64,000 nt of DNA from a virus. Below, in pieces: positions 43,162 to 52,243 of the stretch (position 1 is its first letter; every line of letters begins with the position of its first letter). Made by a program: the position numbers and the translations under genes. A model generated the notes under the pieces. It was not told the DNA's origin. It did no database searches and saw only the letters and a program-made list of their open reading frames with translations. The stretch lies in the UHGV virus genome UHGV-1376088; one strand, given 5' to 3'.

Positions 43162-43659
43162 TTATACAATGATAAATTTTAAAGGGTTATTTAGCGACGG
43201 GTTTGAGTTAAACAGTTTTTGCTCAGCAACACGGCGCCTTGTAAGTCCCGGCATTTCTGAAAGGGCACCTTTTACCCTGCCCTTATTCCAGCGGATAAAC
43301 TCTTTTGATGCACCATCAAAATCGCCAGCATTTAATTTCTTAAGCAATGTAGAGCTTGCGAACGCATTAGTTCCAACATTAAAGATAAAGACACCAAGCG
43401 CATCAAATTGGTGCTGGTTTAACGGAACTCTTACATTCTTTAGGATTGCATTCTTGGCGATTTGCAAGTCCTTCATTAACAACTCTTTTGCGAATTCGTA
43501 GGTAATCTTCTCCGGGAAGATCTCGCCCGGCTTAACCATATGACCAATGCCGATAGTGATTTTGCCTACGCCGTCATCATACTTGTGCAACACTGCGCCC
43601 TCAAAATGCTCTGTGAGCTTAATGCAGTTGTCACTAAAATTCTTAACTAGTTCACCCAC
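43162..43659 (-). CDS. endolysin, GH24 (T4/lambda-type) lysozyme
   Basis: TEHFEG...YDDGVGKITIGIGH catalytic Glu/Asp/Thr signature; 165 aa. Confidence 0.8.
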   Translation of the reverse strand: MGELVKNFSDNCIKLTEHFEGAVLHKYDDGVGKITIGIGHMVKPGEIFPEKITYEFAKELLMKDLQIAKNAILKNVRVPLNQHQFDALGVFIFNVGTNAFASSTLLKKLNAGDFDGASKEFIRWNKGRVKGALSEMPGLTRRRVAEQKLFNSNPSLNNPLKFIIV

Positions 43660-44135
43660 GCTATTTTTACCTCCATATCATTAGTTTCCTCTAAATATTT
43701 CATTAGCAGGGTGTATGCTTTATACCCTTCTATTGGCTCGTAAAAACCCTGAGTATTATATCTAGTATCAGCGCCAATTAGAATATACCTCCCATATATA
43801 CTATAGATATCATTGTCAATAATGTGACAAAAGGCATGGCCACATCTATCTGTTGCCGCACTTTTCTGCCTTAATTGCACACCATTGCTAGGATTAACTA
43901 GGAACGGCAATTTAATCTTATGTACCGGAGATTCTTCGATAGCAAGTTGATAACTTCCATCCTTAATACAGCTAAGACCAACAATACCATTAGGCTCATC
44001 AGGATTATAATCCCATGGCGACTCTAATGTATAGATATATGCCTCTTTACCGTCCTTAAATCTTAGGCGGATTCGGCCGTGAACACCAAATTGTCGTCTA
44101 ATCGCTGAGTTCTGTTTTAATCGCTCTAACAGCAT
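43647..44135 (-). CDS. 162-aa lysis-cassette protein of unknown function
   Basis: ORF track; overlaps the endolysin start; Cys/His cluster DRCGHAFCH. Confidence 0.45.
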   Translation of the reverse strand: MLLERLKQNSAIRRQFGVHGRIRLRFKDGKEAYIYTLESPWDYNPDEPNGIVGLSCIKDGSYQLAIEESPVHKIKLPFLVNPSNGVQLRQKSAATDRCGHAFCHIIDNDIYSIYGRYILIGADTRYNTQGFYEPIEGYKAYTLLMKYLEETNDMEVKIAWVN

Positions 44136-44176
44136 ATCAATCTAAATTCCTCTATATTAAATAAATGTGTTATAAA

Positions 44177-44494
44177 TCAACCTTTTGGCTCTTCATTCAA
44201 TTCTTTTACATACTCTTCGTATTCGTTCTGCTCGTCTTCAGGTTCATCATCATTATGCTTTGCAACAGATTGTTCTTTGGCAGCCTCTGCTATAAGTTTA
44301 CCTTTAGCGACTGTGTATCTAGTTGCAATATTTGAAGTTAAATAAACAGCAATTATTGAAATAGTTATAGTTTCAAAAGAGTCTGAGTTCAGCCTCCCTA
44401 TAGAGAGAAGCCAAGCACAGACTCCAAAAATTGTAAGTGAAAAGAATAATTTTCTAGATATAAAAGCAATAAGGTTTCCTTTTACAGTTCCCAT
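44177..44494 (-). CDS. holin-like membrane protein
   Basis: 105 aa; two predicted TM helices followed by a highly charged acidic C-terminus; adjacent to the endolysin. Confidence 0.5.
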   Translation of the reverse strand: MGTVKGNLIAFISRKLFFSLTIFGVCAWLLSIGRLNSDSFETITISIIAVYLTSNIATRYTVAKGKLIAEAAKEQSVAKHNDDEPEDEQNEYEEYVKELNEEPKG

Positions 44495-44510
44495 ATAATT
44501 CCTTTATATC

Positions 44511-44849
44511 TTAGTTACCTCTTTCGCTCCTACGGTGCTCACCTTCCAGATTGGATAATCTATCTTCGTGACGACGAATATCCTCCTTATTCCGGTCAAT
44601 CATGCCATTAATAAGTTGGACCTGAGACTGAAGCTCATTCTTAGTAACTAAATCTGATTTAATCTGTTCAATGTTGGCCGCCATAGCAGCTTGTTGGGAC
44701 TCCATCCTTGCCATTGTTGTCGCTCCGATCCATGAACCGTAAACAATAGAACATAGTGCGGAGAACACTCCGATAATCCCAAAGCTTTTTGGTATTTTTA
44801 TACCAAGAATGGTGCTTTCATCTTGTTCAGACATATTTATTTTCCCCAA
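44511..44849 (-). CDS. 112-aa single-TM coiled-coil protein (i-spanin/antiholin-like)
   Basis: N-terminal TM segment followed by a periplasmic coiled coil (QSQVQLINGMIDRNKEDIRRHEDRLSNLEGE). Confidence 0.4.
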   Translation of the reverse strand: MGKINMSEQDESTILGIKIPKSFGIIGVFSALCSIVYGSWIGATTMARMESQQAAMAANIEQIKSDLVTKNELQSQVQLINGMIDRNKEDIRRHEDRLSNLEGEHRRSERGN

Positions 44850-45451
44850 GTTTGATTTTTGAATATTCCATCTTTCCCTGGGCTCGTGCCATAGGTGTTA
44901 GTAAGTTTGTCACCAACAACTCTGGCATTGTAGCCGGTATATGTATTACGACTACCGGCACCAGACATATTAGCAGCTTTAGCTGAATTAGCTGCTCTAT
45001 TAACAGGGCTCCTAGATGCATTATTAAACTTACCAATAGAAGAGCCCATTTCTCCGAACAGTGCCTGAGAAAAAGTTGATGTCTCCATAGCTGCAGCAGG
45101 ATTCTTAGCCCGGTTGTTAAACTGACTAATGGACTTGATAATTCGTCCATCCCTACCAGCCTTTGATAAGAGAGATGCACCACGTGCACCACCAATGAGT
45201 GCACCAGCCATCATACCGCTTGAAGCACCACTAAAAGGATCGCCTCCAGTGGCTGTATTGTATGCATACCCGACAGCACCGAAAGCAGCACCAGTTGCCA
45301 AGGATCTAGATGCCAGCTTTCCTCTAACATCAGAGGCAAGTGTGAACCCGGCATTTGTCATTGCTCTCTTGTTTCTAAGAGAGTTATCCGCAGCCTTCAT
45401 GGCTGAGCGATACGCAGCCCTTTCCCGATTGAATGTGTTAAACAATCCCAT
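44837..45451 (-). CDS. 204-aa glycine-zipper-rich protein
   Basis: Gly/Ala/Ser-rich low-complexity sequence with GxxxG repeats. Confidence 0.5.
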   Translation of the reverse strand: MGLFNTFNRERAAYRSAMKAADNSLRNKRAMTNAGFTLASDVRGKLASRSLATGAAFGAVGYAYNTATGGDPFSGASSGMMAGALIGGARGASLLSKAGRDGRIIKSISQFNNRAKNPAAAMETSTFSQALFGEMGSSIGKFNNASRSPVNRAANSAKAANMSGAGSRNTYTGYNARVVGDKLTNTYGTSPGKDGIFKNQTWGK

Positions 45452-45957
45452 TATTTAGCCCCATCAAACCAAGCTTCCCAATCTTTCTTTCCTGTCAGAG
45501 AAACGTTCTGTAAGCCACGATTCTCCTTGACAGAATGAACAAGGTCGCTAGTGTTATAGTTCATATCCCCGAACTGATAGGTCTTTTTCGCCAATGCAGA
45601 GGACTCCCAGTCATGTGGTGACATGGCTGATGCCTTTGTCCGGCGAATCATATCCTCAGCAGCATGGTCTGCTCCTGAGAATTTGTTGTTAAGGCTTCTT
45701 AGAACATTTCTAAGACCCTTCCCATGAGCACCTGAAGCAGCGTAAGCCAATCCGGCACCAACAGCACCACCAAAAGTTGCACCGCCGACAGCACCACCAA
45801 ACATCGTGGTGTTATCAGAGACAGCACCTTTAGCAACACCGTATCCGCCGAAGGCCGCAGCGCCAGCAGTTGCAGCAGCGGTGAATTGTGCCTGTTTCTC
45901 CGAACGCATCAGAAACTCAGACATCCCACCGTAAATCGATTGTCGCAAATTTGCCAT
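45451..45957 (-). CDS. 168-aa glycine-zipper-rich protein (paralog-like to the 204-aa protein)
   Basis: FGGAVGGATFGGAVGAGLAYAASGAHG; first gene of the leftward lysis-region operon. Confidence 0.5.
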   Translation of the reverse strand: MANLRQSIYGGMSEFLMRSEKQAQFTAAATAGAAAFGGYGVAKGAVSDNTTMFGGAVGGATFGGAVGAGLAYAASGAHGKGLRNVLRSLNNKFSGADHAAEDMIRRTKASAMSPHDWESSALAKKTYQFGDMNYNTSDLVHSVKENRGLQNVSLTGKKDWEAWFDGAK

Positions 45958-46037
45958 AACAAATCACTTTCTAAAAAGCTTTTTAAAAATCTGAATCAAT
46001 AGACACAAGAGAGGGAGCGACCCTCCCTGTAGAAACA

Positions 46038-46066
46038 ATTAGAACAGAAACAATAGAAAAAGTCAA
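46038..46066 (-). promoter_or_regulatory. candidate sigma70-like promoter for the leftward Gly-rich/lysis operon
   Basis: On the minus strand: TTGACT, 17-nt spacer, TCTAAT. It shares TTGACTTTT with the 42165 promoter. The leader would contain the hairpin AGGGAG-cgacc-CTCCCT. Confidence 0.35.
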
Positions 46067-46143
46067 CTAACTATCCTTTGAAAATAGACAAATTTTAAAA
46101 CGGCCGGCCCGACAAAACACAAAACACCACACCCCATTAATTC

Positions 46144-46461
46144 ATGCCCCCTGGGGCAAACCAAGGGGGATAGTTGACCCAAAACACAGAATGGCCCGGC
46201 GCGGCGGACCCATCATTTTGCCGAAGGCAAAGACTGATTGGGGGTTGGTTGAATGGGAAGTGAGAATGGATGACTGAAGTAGACGTGAAACTTGAGGTGT
46301 GTGGATGTGTGAGTGAGGATGTGTGTGATAATGCGTGTGGATCAAATAAAAATATGAAATGAATTGTTTTGAGTAATGGTTGATGTAATGCGTGTGGGTA
46401 CCTGGTGTCTATTAATGATATCCCTGTGGATGGGGGTATGTCCGGGATTTGCCCCCTGGGG
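46144..46461. repeat. direct repeats TGCCCCCTGGGG (46144-46155 and 46450-46461) bracketing a G/T-rich tract that contains direct repeats TAATGCGTGTGG (46329-46340 and 46386-46397)
   Basis: Seen directly. The flanking 46078-46140 is A/C-rich on the same strand. Confidence 0.6.
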
Positions 46462-46523
46462 TGGAATGGACTGCTCTCATCTACATCTTTTATTTTATTC
46501 TTTAGTCTAAGAAAGGACTTACC

Positions 46524-46691
46524 ATGAAAAACTTTATCATCGCTTCTGTTGCAGTATTCTTTTGCTTTTCTTTTTACTCTTTCATGTTCTCTGGAGCCAA
46601 AAACGCTGCTGAGAATGTAAAAGGAAGTATGAGTGTCACTTCTGTTGACAAAGCATGTAAGAGTAATAAAGGCCTGTGTAAGGAACTATAA
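46524..46691 (+). CDS. 55-aa small secreted/membrane peptide with two Cys
   Basis: AAAGGA SD 8 nt upstream; hydrophobic signal-like N-terminus (IIASVAVFFCFSFYSFMFSGA); not in the ORF track (below 60 aa). Confidence 0.45.
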   Translation: MKNFIIASVAVFFCFSFYSFMFSGAKNAAENVKGSMSVTSVDKACKSNKGLCKEL

Positions 46692-46837
46692 GGTCTATAT
46701 TTAAGGGTGTGTGGGATATTAGTCCTGCACATCCTTTTATCTTATCTATAATGGCATTCAATACAGAGTGTTATTATAAATGAGATAATTCTGTCTCATT
46801 ATTTTGTTTATTATTTACCAAAGAAAGGTATCATACT

Positions 46838-47008
46838 ATGAAAATCCGTCATATCATCGCCATCGTTGCTTCTGTTATCGCTATTAACGCTGCTTTTGGT
46901 GGCATTAGTAACGCTCTTAAACGCAGTGATTACAATCATTGCCGTGTAACTACTCACATGACAGTACAAGAATGCGAGAACGCTACTGGATATGAAGTAA
47001 CCAAATAA
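46838..47008 (+). CDS. 56-aa small secreted/membrane peptide with two Cys (paralog-like to the 46524 peptide)
   Basis: AAAGG SD; signal-like N-terminus (IIAIVASVIAINAAFGG); CRVTTHMTVQEC. Confidence 0.45.
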   Translation: MKIRHIIAIVASVIAINAAFGGISNALKRSDYNHCRVTTHMTVQECENATGYEVTK

Positions 47009-47136
47009 TCTCTTAGTCCTGAGTACGACAATAAACTGCTCACTGTCCAGAGATGTGTGTCTCTGCTGATGATGGGTAAAAATACCCGAAACAGTTTATT
47101 TTTTATTTTTAAAAACTTTTCAAAAAGGAAATTATT

Positions 47137-50100
47137 ATGTCAACTATCACTTTCAAAACCTTCACTTCTACTGTCAACGAAAAAGCTGCTGCTTCTTACG
47201 AAGCTGCTAAAGCTAATTTTGAGCACACCGCCAATATTAAGGCTGGCGTTCATAAAGTGCCAGGTGTTGAGGTTGTTGCTTTATCTAGTAGCAAAGCGGC
47301 CGCAATGAAGCCAGAAGTAGTGGCTATCGTTAAAGATGGGGCCGCTGTAGCAGTCAAAGAAGTGGGCTCTCGTTTAGAAGCCTTGGCATGGGCTAATGCA
47401 GAAGTAGAGGCTATTGTTTTGAATGAAGTAAAGGAGACTGAAATGTCTTATAGTTTTGAAGTAGAAGGTGTACCTACAATGGTACAACGTGTAGAGACCG
47501 TTAAAGCCGGTAAAACTCCTACCAAAGAGGAGCTGAATAATCTCAAAGATTGGGCTCGTACTATTTGTAAGATCAAGGCTGGTGAGGCCTTGCCTATTGT
47601 AGGCAAAGTGGAGATCAATATTAGACGTCCAAGCAAAGGTAGTGTAAGGGTAGTTGCACAACGTGGGACTTTGGCTACATCTTTGGTAAATTCCCCGCTT
47701 GGCCGCGAAACTATCGCCCGCCACGCATTTGTCTCTTACAAAGATGGCATCGTATCTGTCACTGAAAGTATTGAGACCCTTATTGACTGGATGGCCGGTA
47801 TTAACACCGAAGGCGTCAAATTGGTTGATGCTCTCAAACGTAAGAGCGGCGGTGTCGTTGTTGTTAAATCTGAAAAACCTGCTCCTAAGGGCGTTAAGGT
47901 TCAACAAGGTGATCTCCTGAATATCTCACCTGACACATCTTGGAAGCTCGGCATGCCGGTTAGTGATGCCATGTTTATTAGCCGCAAGGCGCCAAACTCT
48001 ATGGTTGCTGTTAACCATCCTCAATTAGCTGGTAAATATATCAGCGTATATGACGTGAAGAAAGCCATTGCACGTGGCATTCTGAATCCAGACTTGGACA
48101 CTAAAGTCTCCATTGGGGTTCGTAAGGTGGCAGTTCTTTTATCCGTTACTAATGAGGCTGGCGACAAAGTTAAATCTCTGGCTGATGTTAAAGATCATCC
48201 TCTGGCCATGAACTTTGCTGGCGGTGCTTGTTATGGCCGCAAGTCTTTGATTCAACAGTACGGTAAAATGCGTGTTGTTAGCTTTCATCATCTGAAAGGT
48301 GTAGTTACCAACGTTAGAGAGATCGATGCATTGGTCGACTACCTTGATGTAGACATCATCTCTCCTATGCTGAAATCCAAAGCTGTCGGTGTTACACATG
48401 CGATCATGGGTGGTGATCTAGCTGACTTTATGTTGCGTCTGCTGGAGGATGAAAGTTTCCGTGCATCTGCCAATGCGGCTATTGCGATGAATAGCAAATC
48501 TGTCAATGTTGACGGTTTGGTTTATGAGTTCGCAATTATTGAGGAAGAGATTTACGTCTCTGACTTCTACACACTGCAGGGTCATCGTCGAGTCGGTTCT
48601 GAAATCACCGTTAATGATAAAATCAACGGTGTTGAGGTAGAAGCACCTGAGCAAACTCTGATGAATGAGCTCTTATCTGAGCTCAAAGGTGGTAATACTA
48701 CCTACTCTCCAGTGGTTCGTATTCTGGAAATGAAACGAGCCGGCTTAGTTGAAGCAGTGTCCCACTCTGCTGAGGGCGGCGTATTGTTGGCGGATCAGAT
48801 GATTCGTCAATACGGTGAATCTCTGTTCAAGTCTTTCATTTCCGGCCGTACCGGTAAACGTACTGCCAAAGCAGTTGCAGCTGCCAAGAACGTGGATTGG
48901 TCTTGTACCGCCAACGAGTTCTTAGCTATGACTCGTACTTGGTACTCTGATAAGTTTGCTGTGATGTTTGCTGGTAATGGTTCATTATCAGTTGAACAAG
49001 TGAAATATACCGCTCTTGTTGGTGACGAAACTTCTCAGTACATCATGAAGCAATTCCTGGTTAACCTGTTTAACGGTTATGGCAAATTCCCTGGATTATT
49101 GAATATGCCTCGTGGTTTTGAAATCAAAGCTGGTGATCACAGCTTCGTGTTCCCGGGCTCTAGCTTCTGGGATAAACCTGAGACTATTACTGGTGATCAC
49201 GTATCTGGTCTTCAGTTCACTGGTGGAGACTTCTTCAAGTCTCTGGCCTCTATTATCCTGATGGCAAAAACTCGTGGCACTAAGACCTGGGAAGCCGCTG
49301 GTGTTATCAAAACGCACGCCAAGCATTTACTGGCTATTGAAGAAACCTTTGGTTCTCACAAGGGCTTAAAATTCAGCTTGCCTAAAGGTCGTAGCTTGCC
49401 AGTATCTTACCACTTTGAAAATGGGCTCAAAGTTATCACTGCGGATCGTAGCTATAAGGAGGCTGCAAAACGTGGTGAAGTGGGCGCTATTAAGTTCCCT
49501 ATCTTGATGGAAAACAATTTCCGTCTGTATGAGACCGAGGTTAAAACTCTGATGAGCTTTGACTCTGATGCCGAGCTTGAGCTGAACCGCTTTATCTGCG
49601 AATCAGTAGTATTCGTAGATGCATTGTCTCATATGAGCAACCGTGATGATGCGGATGGTGACCGCTTGACATTGTTCTGGGCTAAAGGTTATGAAGGCCA
49701 AGAGCAATGGAGCGAGGATAAACTGTTGGCATGTAACTCTGCCAAACAACAGCTCTCTTATGTGGAAGACGAACTGGGTTCTCTTAACACCAAAGAGATC
49801 AATGAGCGCTCTGTTCAAGTTTGGGGCAAAGAAGATGTTCAGCCTGCTGTCGAAGAAATCGTAGCTGCTAAGACTGGTGTGGGTAGCGAGACTAATAATC
49901 TTATTACATTGACCCATTTAATCCGTAACAAACTGGGCTATTCTAATATGGCCAACTTGGCTATTGATGCTATGGGTATCTTGCTGCAGAAGGAAGTTGT
50001 GGAAAATATGAAGCATAGCAACGGCAACGTTCGCTTCTGCGAATATTTAAACCTGCGCAACAAGGAGACTGATCTAGACTGCATGTCTGAGGCATTCGAG

Positions 50101-50547
50101 AAGGCTTTCGAATTGATGTTCATCGAAGATTACGTAATGGCGTTTGAAATTGCCAAAGTCTTTGTTGAGCTGTTCGAAGAAGACAAACGTTCTCGTGGTC
50201 AGCAAGGCTACCGTTGGAATAAAACCAACGCAGTTCGTATGGCACACACTGCGACTTGGAAAAATGTACACTTCGATGTGTACACTAAGGATGTGTCTGA
50301 GATTTATAACACATCATTCTTCTTTGGCCTGGACGATGTAAAATCCGTCAACAATTTGCTTGACATGAATGGCAAATCACCATTCAGTTTTATCCTGAAG
50401 GCTTTGAGCCGCGAAGTCTTGGCACAGAAACTCGTTATCGCCGAGACCAAAGCCGCTGAAGCTGAAGCGTTGGCCAATGGTGAGACTGTTGAAGCTGAGT
50501 CTTATCATGAGGTTGTAGATATGGACGAAGCTATTGATATGCTGTAA
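47137..50547 (+). CDS. 1136-aa protein of unknown function carrying an NRDDADGD (DxDGD) motif; speculative RNA-polymerase-like or other metal-dependent enzyme
   Basis: Long ORF with good SD (AAAGGAAATTATTATG) and moderately optimal codon usage; no Walker A, polymerase A/B/C or Toprim motifs found by eye; motif MSNRDDADGDRLTLFW. Confidence 0.6.
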   Translation: MSTITFKTFTSTVNEKAAASYEAAKANFEHTANIKAGVHKVPGVEVVALSSSKAAAMKPEVVAIVKDGAAVAVKEVGSRLEALAWANAEVEAIVLNEVKETEMSYSFEVEGVPTMVQRVETVKAGKTPTKEELNNLKDWARTICKIKAGEALPIVGKVEINIRRPSKGSVRVVAQRGTLATSLVNSPLGRETIARHAFVSYKDGIVSVTESIETLIDWMAGINTEGVKLVDALKRKSGGVVVVKSEKPAPKGVKVQQGDLLNISPDTSWKLGMPVSDAMFISRKAPNSMVAVNHPQLAGKYISVYDVKKAIARGILNPDLDTKVSIGVRKVAVLLSVTNEAGDKVKSLADVKDHPLAMNFAGGACYGRKSLIQQYGKMRVVSFHHLKGVVTNVREIDALVDYLDVDIISPMLKSKAVGVTHAIMGGDLADFMLRLLEDESFRASANAAIAMNSKSVNVDGLVYEFAIIEEEIYVSDFYTLQGHRRVGSEITVNDKINGVEVEAPEQTLMNELLSELKGGNTTYSPVVRILEMKRAGLVEAVSHSAEGGVLLADQMIRQYGESLFKSFISGRTGKRTAKAVAAAKNVDWSCTANEFLAMTRTWYSDKFAVMFAGNGSLSVEQVKYTALVGDETSQYIMKQFLVNLFNGYGKFPGLLNMPRGFEIKAGDHSFVFPGSSFWDKPETITGDHVSGLQFTGGDFFKSLASIILMAKTRGTKTWEAAGVIKTHAKHLLAIEETFGSHKGLKFSLPKGRSLPVSYHFENGLKVITADRSYKEAAKRGEVGAIKFPILMENNFRLYETEVKTLMSFDSDAELELNRFICESVVFVDALSHMSNRDDADGDRLTLFWAKGYEGQEQWSEDKLLACNSAKQQLSYVEDELGSLNTKEINERSVQVWGKEDVQPAVEEIVAAKTGVGSETNNLITLTHLIRNKLGYSNMANLAIDAMGILLQKEVVENMKHSNGNVRFCEYLNLRNKETDLDCMSEAFEKAFELMFIEDYVMAFEIAKVFVELFEEDKRSRGQQGYRWNKTNAVRMAHTATWKNVHFDVYTKDVSEIYNTSFFFGLDDVKSVNNLLDMNGKSPFSFILKALSREVLAQKLVIAETKAAEAEALANGETVEAESYHEVVDMDEAIDML

Positions 50548-50630
50548 GACTCCGTACCCAATAAGAATTGGGCAAATGTTACTGCTCGCTGGATACGGCT
50601 CCGTAGCGATATGGGGCTGTATTCACGTGG

Positions 50631-50660
50631 AGCGGTTCTGGTGTCGGTTTCCCTGTGGAG
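50631..50660 (+). promoter_or_regulatory. reiterated GTGTCGGTT element, copy 1 (variant, followed by the CCCTGT-ggaga-ACAGGG hairpin)
   Basis: GGTGTCGGTTTCCCTGTGG, 65 nt upstream of the ATG at 50706. Confidence 0.5.
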
Positions 50661-50705
50661 ACAGGGTTTCCTGTCGTTTTCAATTTCTTTTCGGAGGCTC
50701 CGTTA

Positions 50706-51001
50706 TGCGAGAGTTCGCAATTGCCCCAAATTCGCCATTTGCACAGTTGTGTGCAGGTGACATGTATGACGCCGTAGTTCGCGACGTCAAGTTTGCAATG
50801 CCGGTTGGTGTTGAGACCAAAGAGTCTGACATTCCCGGCGGTTTTCGTACCGTTGAGACGGAAGATGGCAATGCTGTTTTCTGTTCAGCGGTACGTTTGT
50901 CTGATAAACCCGCTCCTGGGTTTGTCTCAGTTGCATTATGGTATGCTGAGTATTCTCGGCTGTACCATATGGCTCGTGTCAGTGAGGATCATCCTTTCTG
51001 A
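50706..51001 (+). CDS. 98-aa hypothetical early protein
   Basis: Internal ATG with GGAGG SD; the ORF-track N-terminal extension spans the regulatory element. Confidence 0.5.
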
Positions 51002-51015
51002 TACAATACAGGGAT

Positions 51016-51047
51016 CCGGCACATCTATTGTGTCGGTTCTTTTACGA
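51016..51047 (+). promoter_or_regulatory. reiterated element, copy 2 (hairpin CCGGCACA/TGTGTCGG plus TTCTTTTACGA)
   Basis: Seen directly; ATG 35 nt downstream. Confidence 0.6.
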
Positions 51048-51072
51048 TAATAATTTTTCAATGGAGGTTGTT

Positions 51073-51249
51073 ATGAAATACAAAGATTTTTTGATCCGAT
51101 ACACCCTGGAAGATGGTTCTCGCAAGGACCGCCTCGTATCTTATATCGTTCCTAAGGATCTGGACGACGTATATGAGTATGCCGAAAATGTGGCGTGCAT
51201 GGAAGATTTCGAGGTTGTTGATATTGAAGTTAAGGGATTGGAAGACTGA
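51073..51249 (+). CDS. 58-aa hypothetical protein
   Basis: GGAGG SD; trimmed from the ORF-track 51028 start. Confidence 0.5.
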   Translation: MKYKDFLIRYTLEDGSRKDRLVSYIVPKDLDDVYEYAENVACMEDFEVVDIEVKGLED

Positions 51250-51452
51250 TGGTGTCATTTGAATTCAAATTGGCCTACGGCTCTATTGACGAGCTTAGGG
51301 CCGATTTGGGAAATAATAAAGAGATTTCCATATGGAAGCACTTCTTGGATGTAATTGTAAGTCATTCAGAAGATGATGATATGGTTATCTTTGAGATTCA
51401 GGACGATAATTCTTTGAAATTTGCTAGATACGAAGAGTTTTCGTTTATCTGA
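51249..51452 (+). CDS. 67-aa acidic hypothetical protein
   Basis: ATGA overlap coupling. Confidence 0.5.
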   Translation: MVSFEFKLAYGSIDELRADLGNNKEISIWKHFLDVIVSHSEDDDMVIFEIQDDNSLKFARYEEFSFI

Positions 51453-51462
51453 ACAATGCAAG

Positions 51463-51497
51463 GACCGGCCCAGATTTTGGTGTCGGTTCTTTTATGG
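51463..51497 (+). promoter_or_regulatory. reiterated element, copy 3
   Basis: GGTGTCGGTTCTTTTATGG, followed by the GAGAAGAG-ttg-TTCTTCTC hairpin. Confidence 0.6.
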
Positions 51498-51550
51498 AAG
51501 AGAAGAGTTGTTCTTCTCAATTATAATTTTAATAGCTATGGAGGCTAAAA

Positions 51551-51897
51551 TGAAATACGTTCCAACTAAAAACTTGTCGCAAGTATGGTATAACCTTGCC
51601 GAGCGCAAAGAATTTGAAGCGGCTGCTGAAGAGGCAGCAAAAGAAGAGTTCTTAAAAGAACTGAAAGATGAAGACTATCGATCAGTTGACGACTATAAGT
51701 CCTATCTTGCAGCAGAGTTTAGTGATGGTGACATCGCCCACGATATGTACGAATTGCAAGATGAACGCGATGATGAACAAGTCTTAGCTGGGCATCCGGA
51801 CATTACACCGGAGCAAAGCTTTAATCGTCTTGTAGAGAGCTATGTCAAAGATCTGTATGTACAGGCCCATTGGCAAGTCTTAGAGTCTCTTAAATAA
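51551..51897 (+). CDS. 115-aa acidic hypothetical protein
   Basis: GGAGG SD; trimmed start. Confidence 0.5.
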
Positions 51898-52193
51898 CCT
51901 ACCAGCCGGCATCTGTAAAAGGATGTCGGTTATTTTATGACATATATGATTTCCCTGTAAGTTTTGCCGATACCTTGAATCTTGTTGCTCTTGGTATCGG
52001 TTTCTTTTTGGAAACATTTGAATCCTTTTACCTCCATAAACCTTTGGGCCACACTTGCTTTTTTATAGCGCAGTGTTGGCCCCCTTTTTTCCTCCCGCTG
52101 GACAGGTAGCAGGACATCAACGTGTTGCAACCACGCATATAAACCCGCTAAGACACCCACAGACTCCGTATTGAATATAGGCCACATAACATC

Positions 52194-52220
52194 AACGGTT
52201 TTGTGTCGGTGCTTTTATGA
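52194..52220 (+). promoter_or_regulatory. reiterated element, copy 4 (GTGTCGGTGCTTTTATGA, then TATAAATA)
   Basis: Seen directly; ATG 40 nt downstream. Confidence 0.55.
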
Positions 52221-52243
52221 TATAAATATTTGTGGAGTTTACC

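Noticed and set aside
46142-46345. His-rich 67-aa minus-strand ORF (MIHTHYHTHPHSHIHT)
   Set aside because: It is a translation of the GT/CA-rich low-complexity tract; no SD is present.
50534-50705. ORF-track N-terminal extensions of several + strand genes (50534, 51028, 51421, 52232, 53066, 53418, 62744)
   Set aside because: The extensions cross the reiterated regulatory element or terminators and lack SD sites. Internal ATGs with GGAG/GGAGG SDs at 50706, 51073, 51551, 52244, 53078, 53451 and 62795 are preferred.
52212-52230. T4-type late promoter TATAAATA just downstream of element copy 4
   Set aside because: This is a single occurrence; other copies lack it, and the structural genes are not preceded by TATAAATA, so it is probably coincidental.
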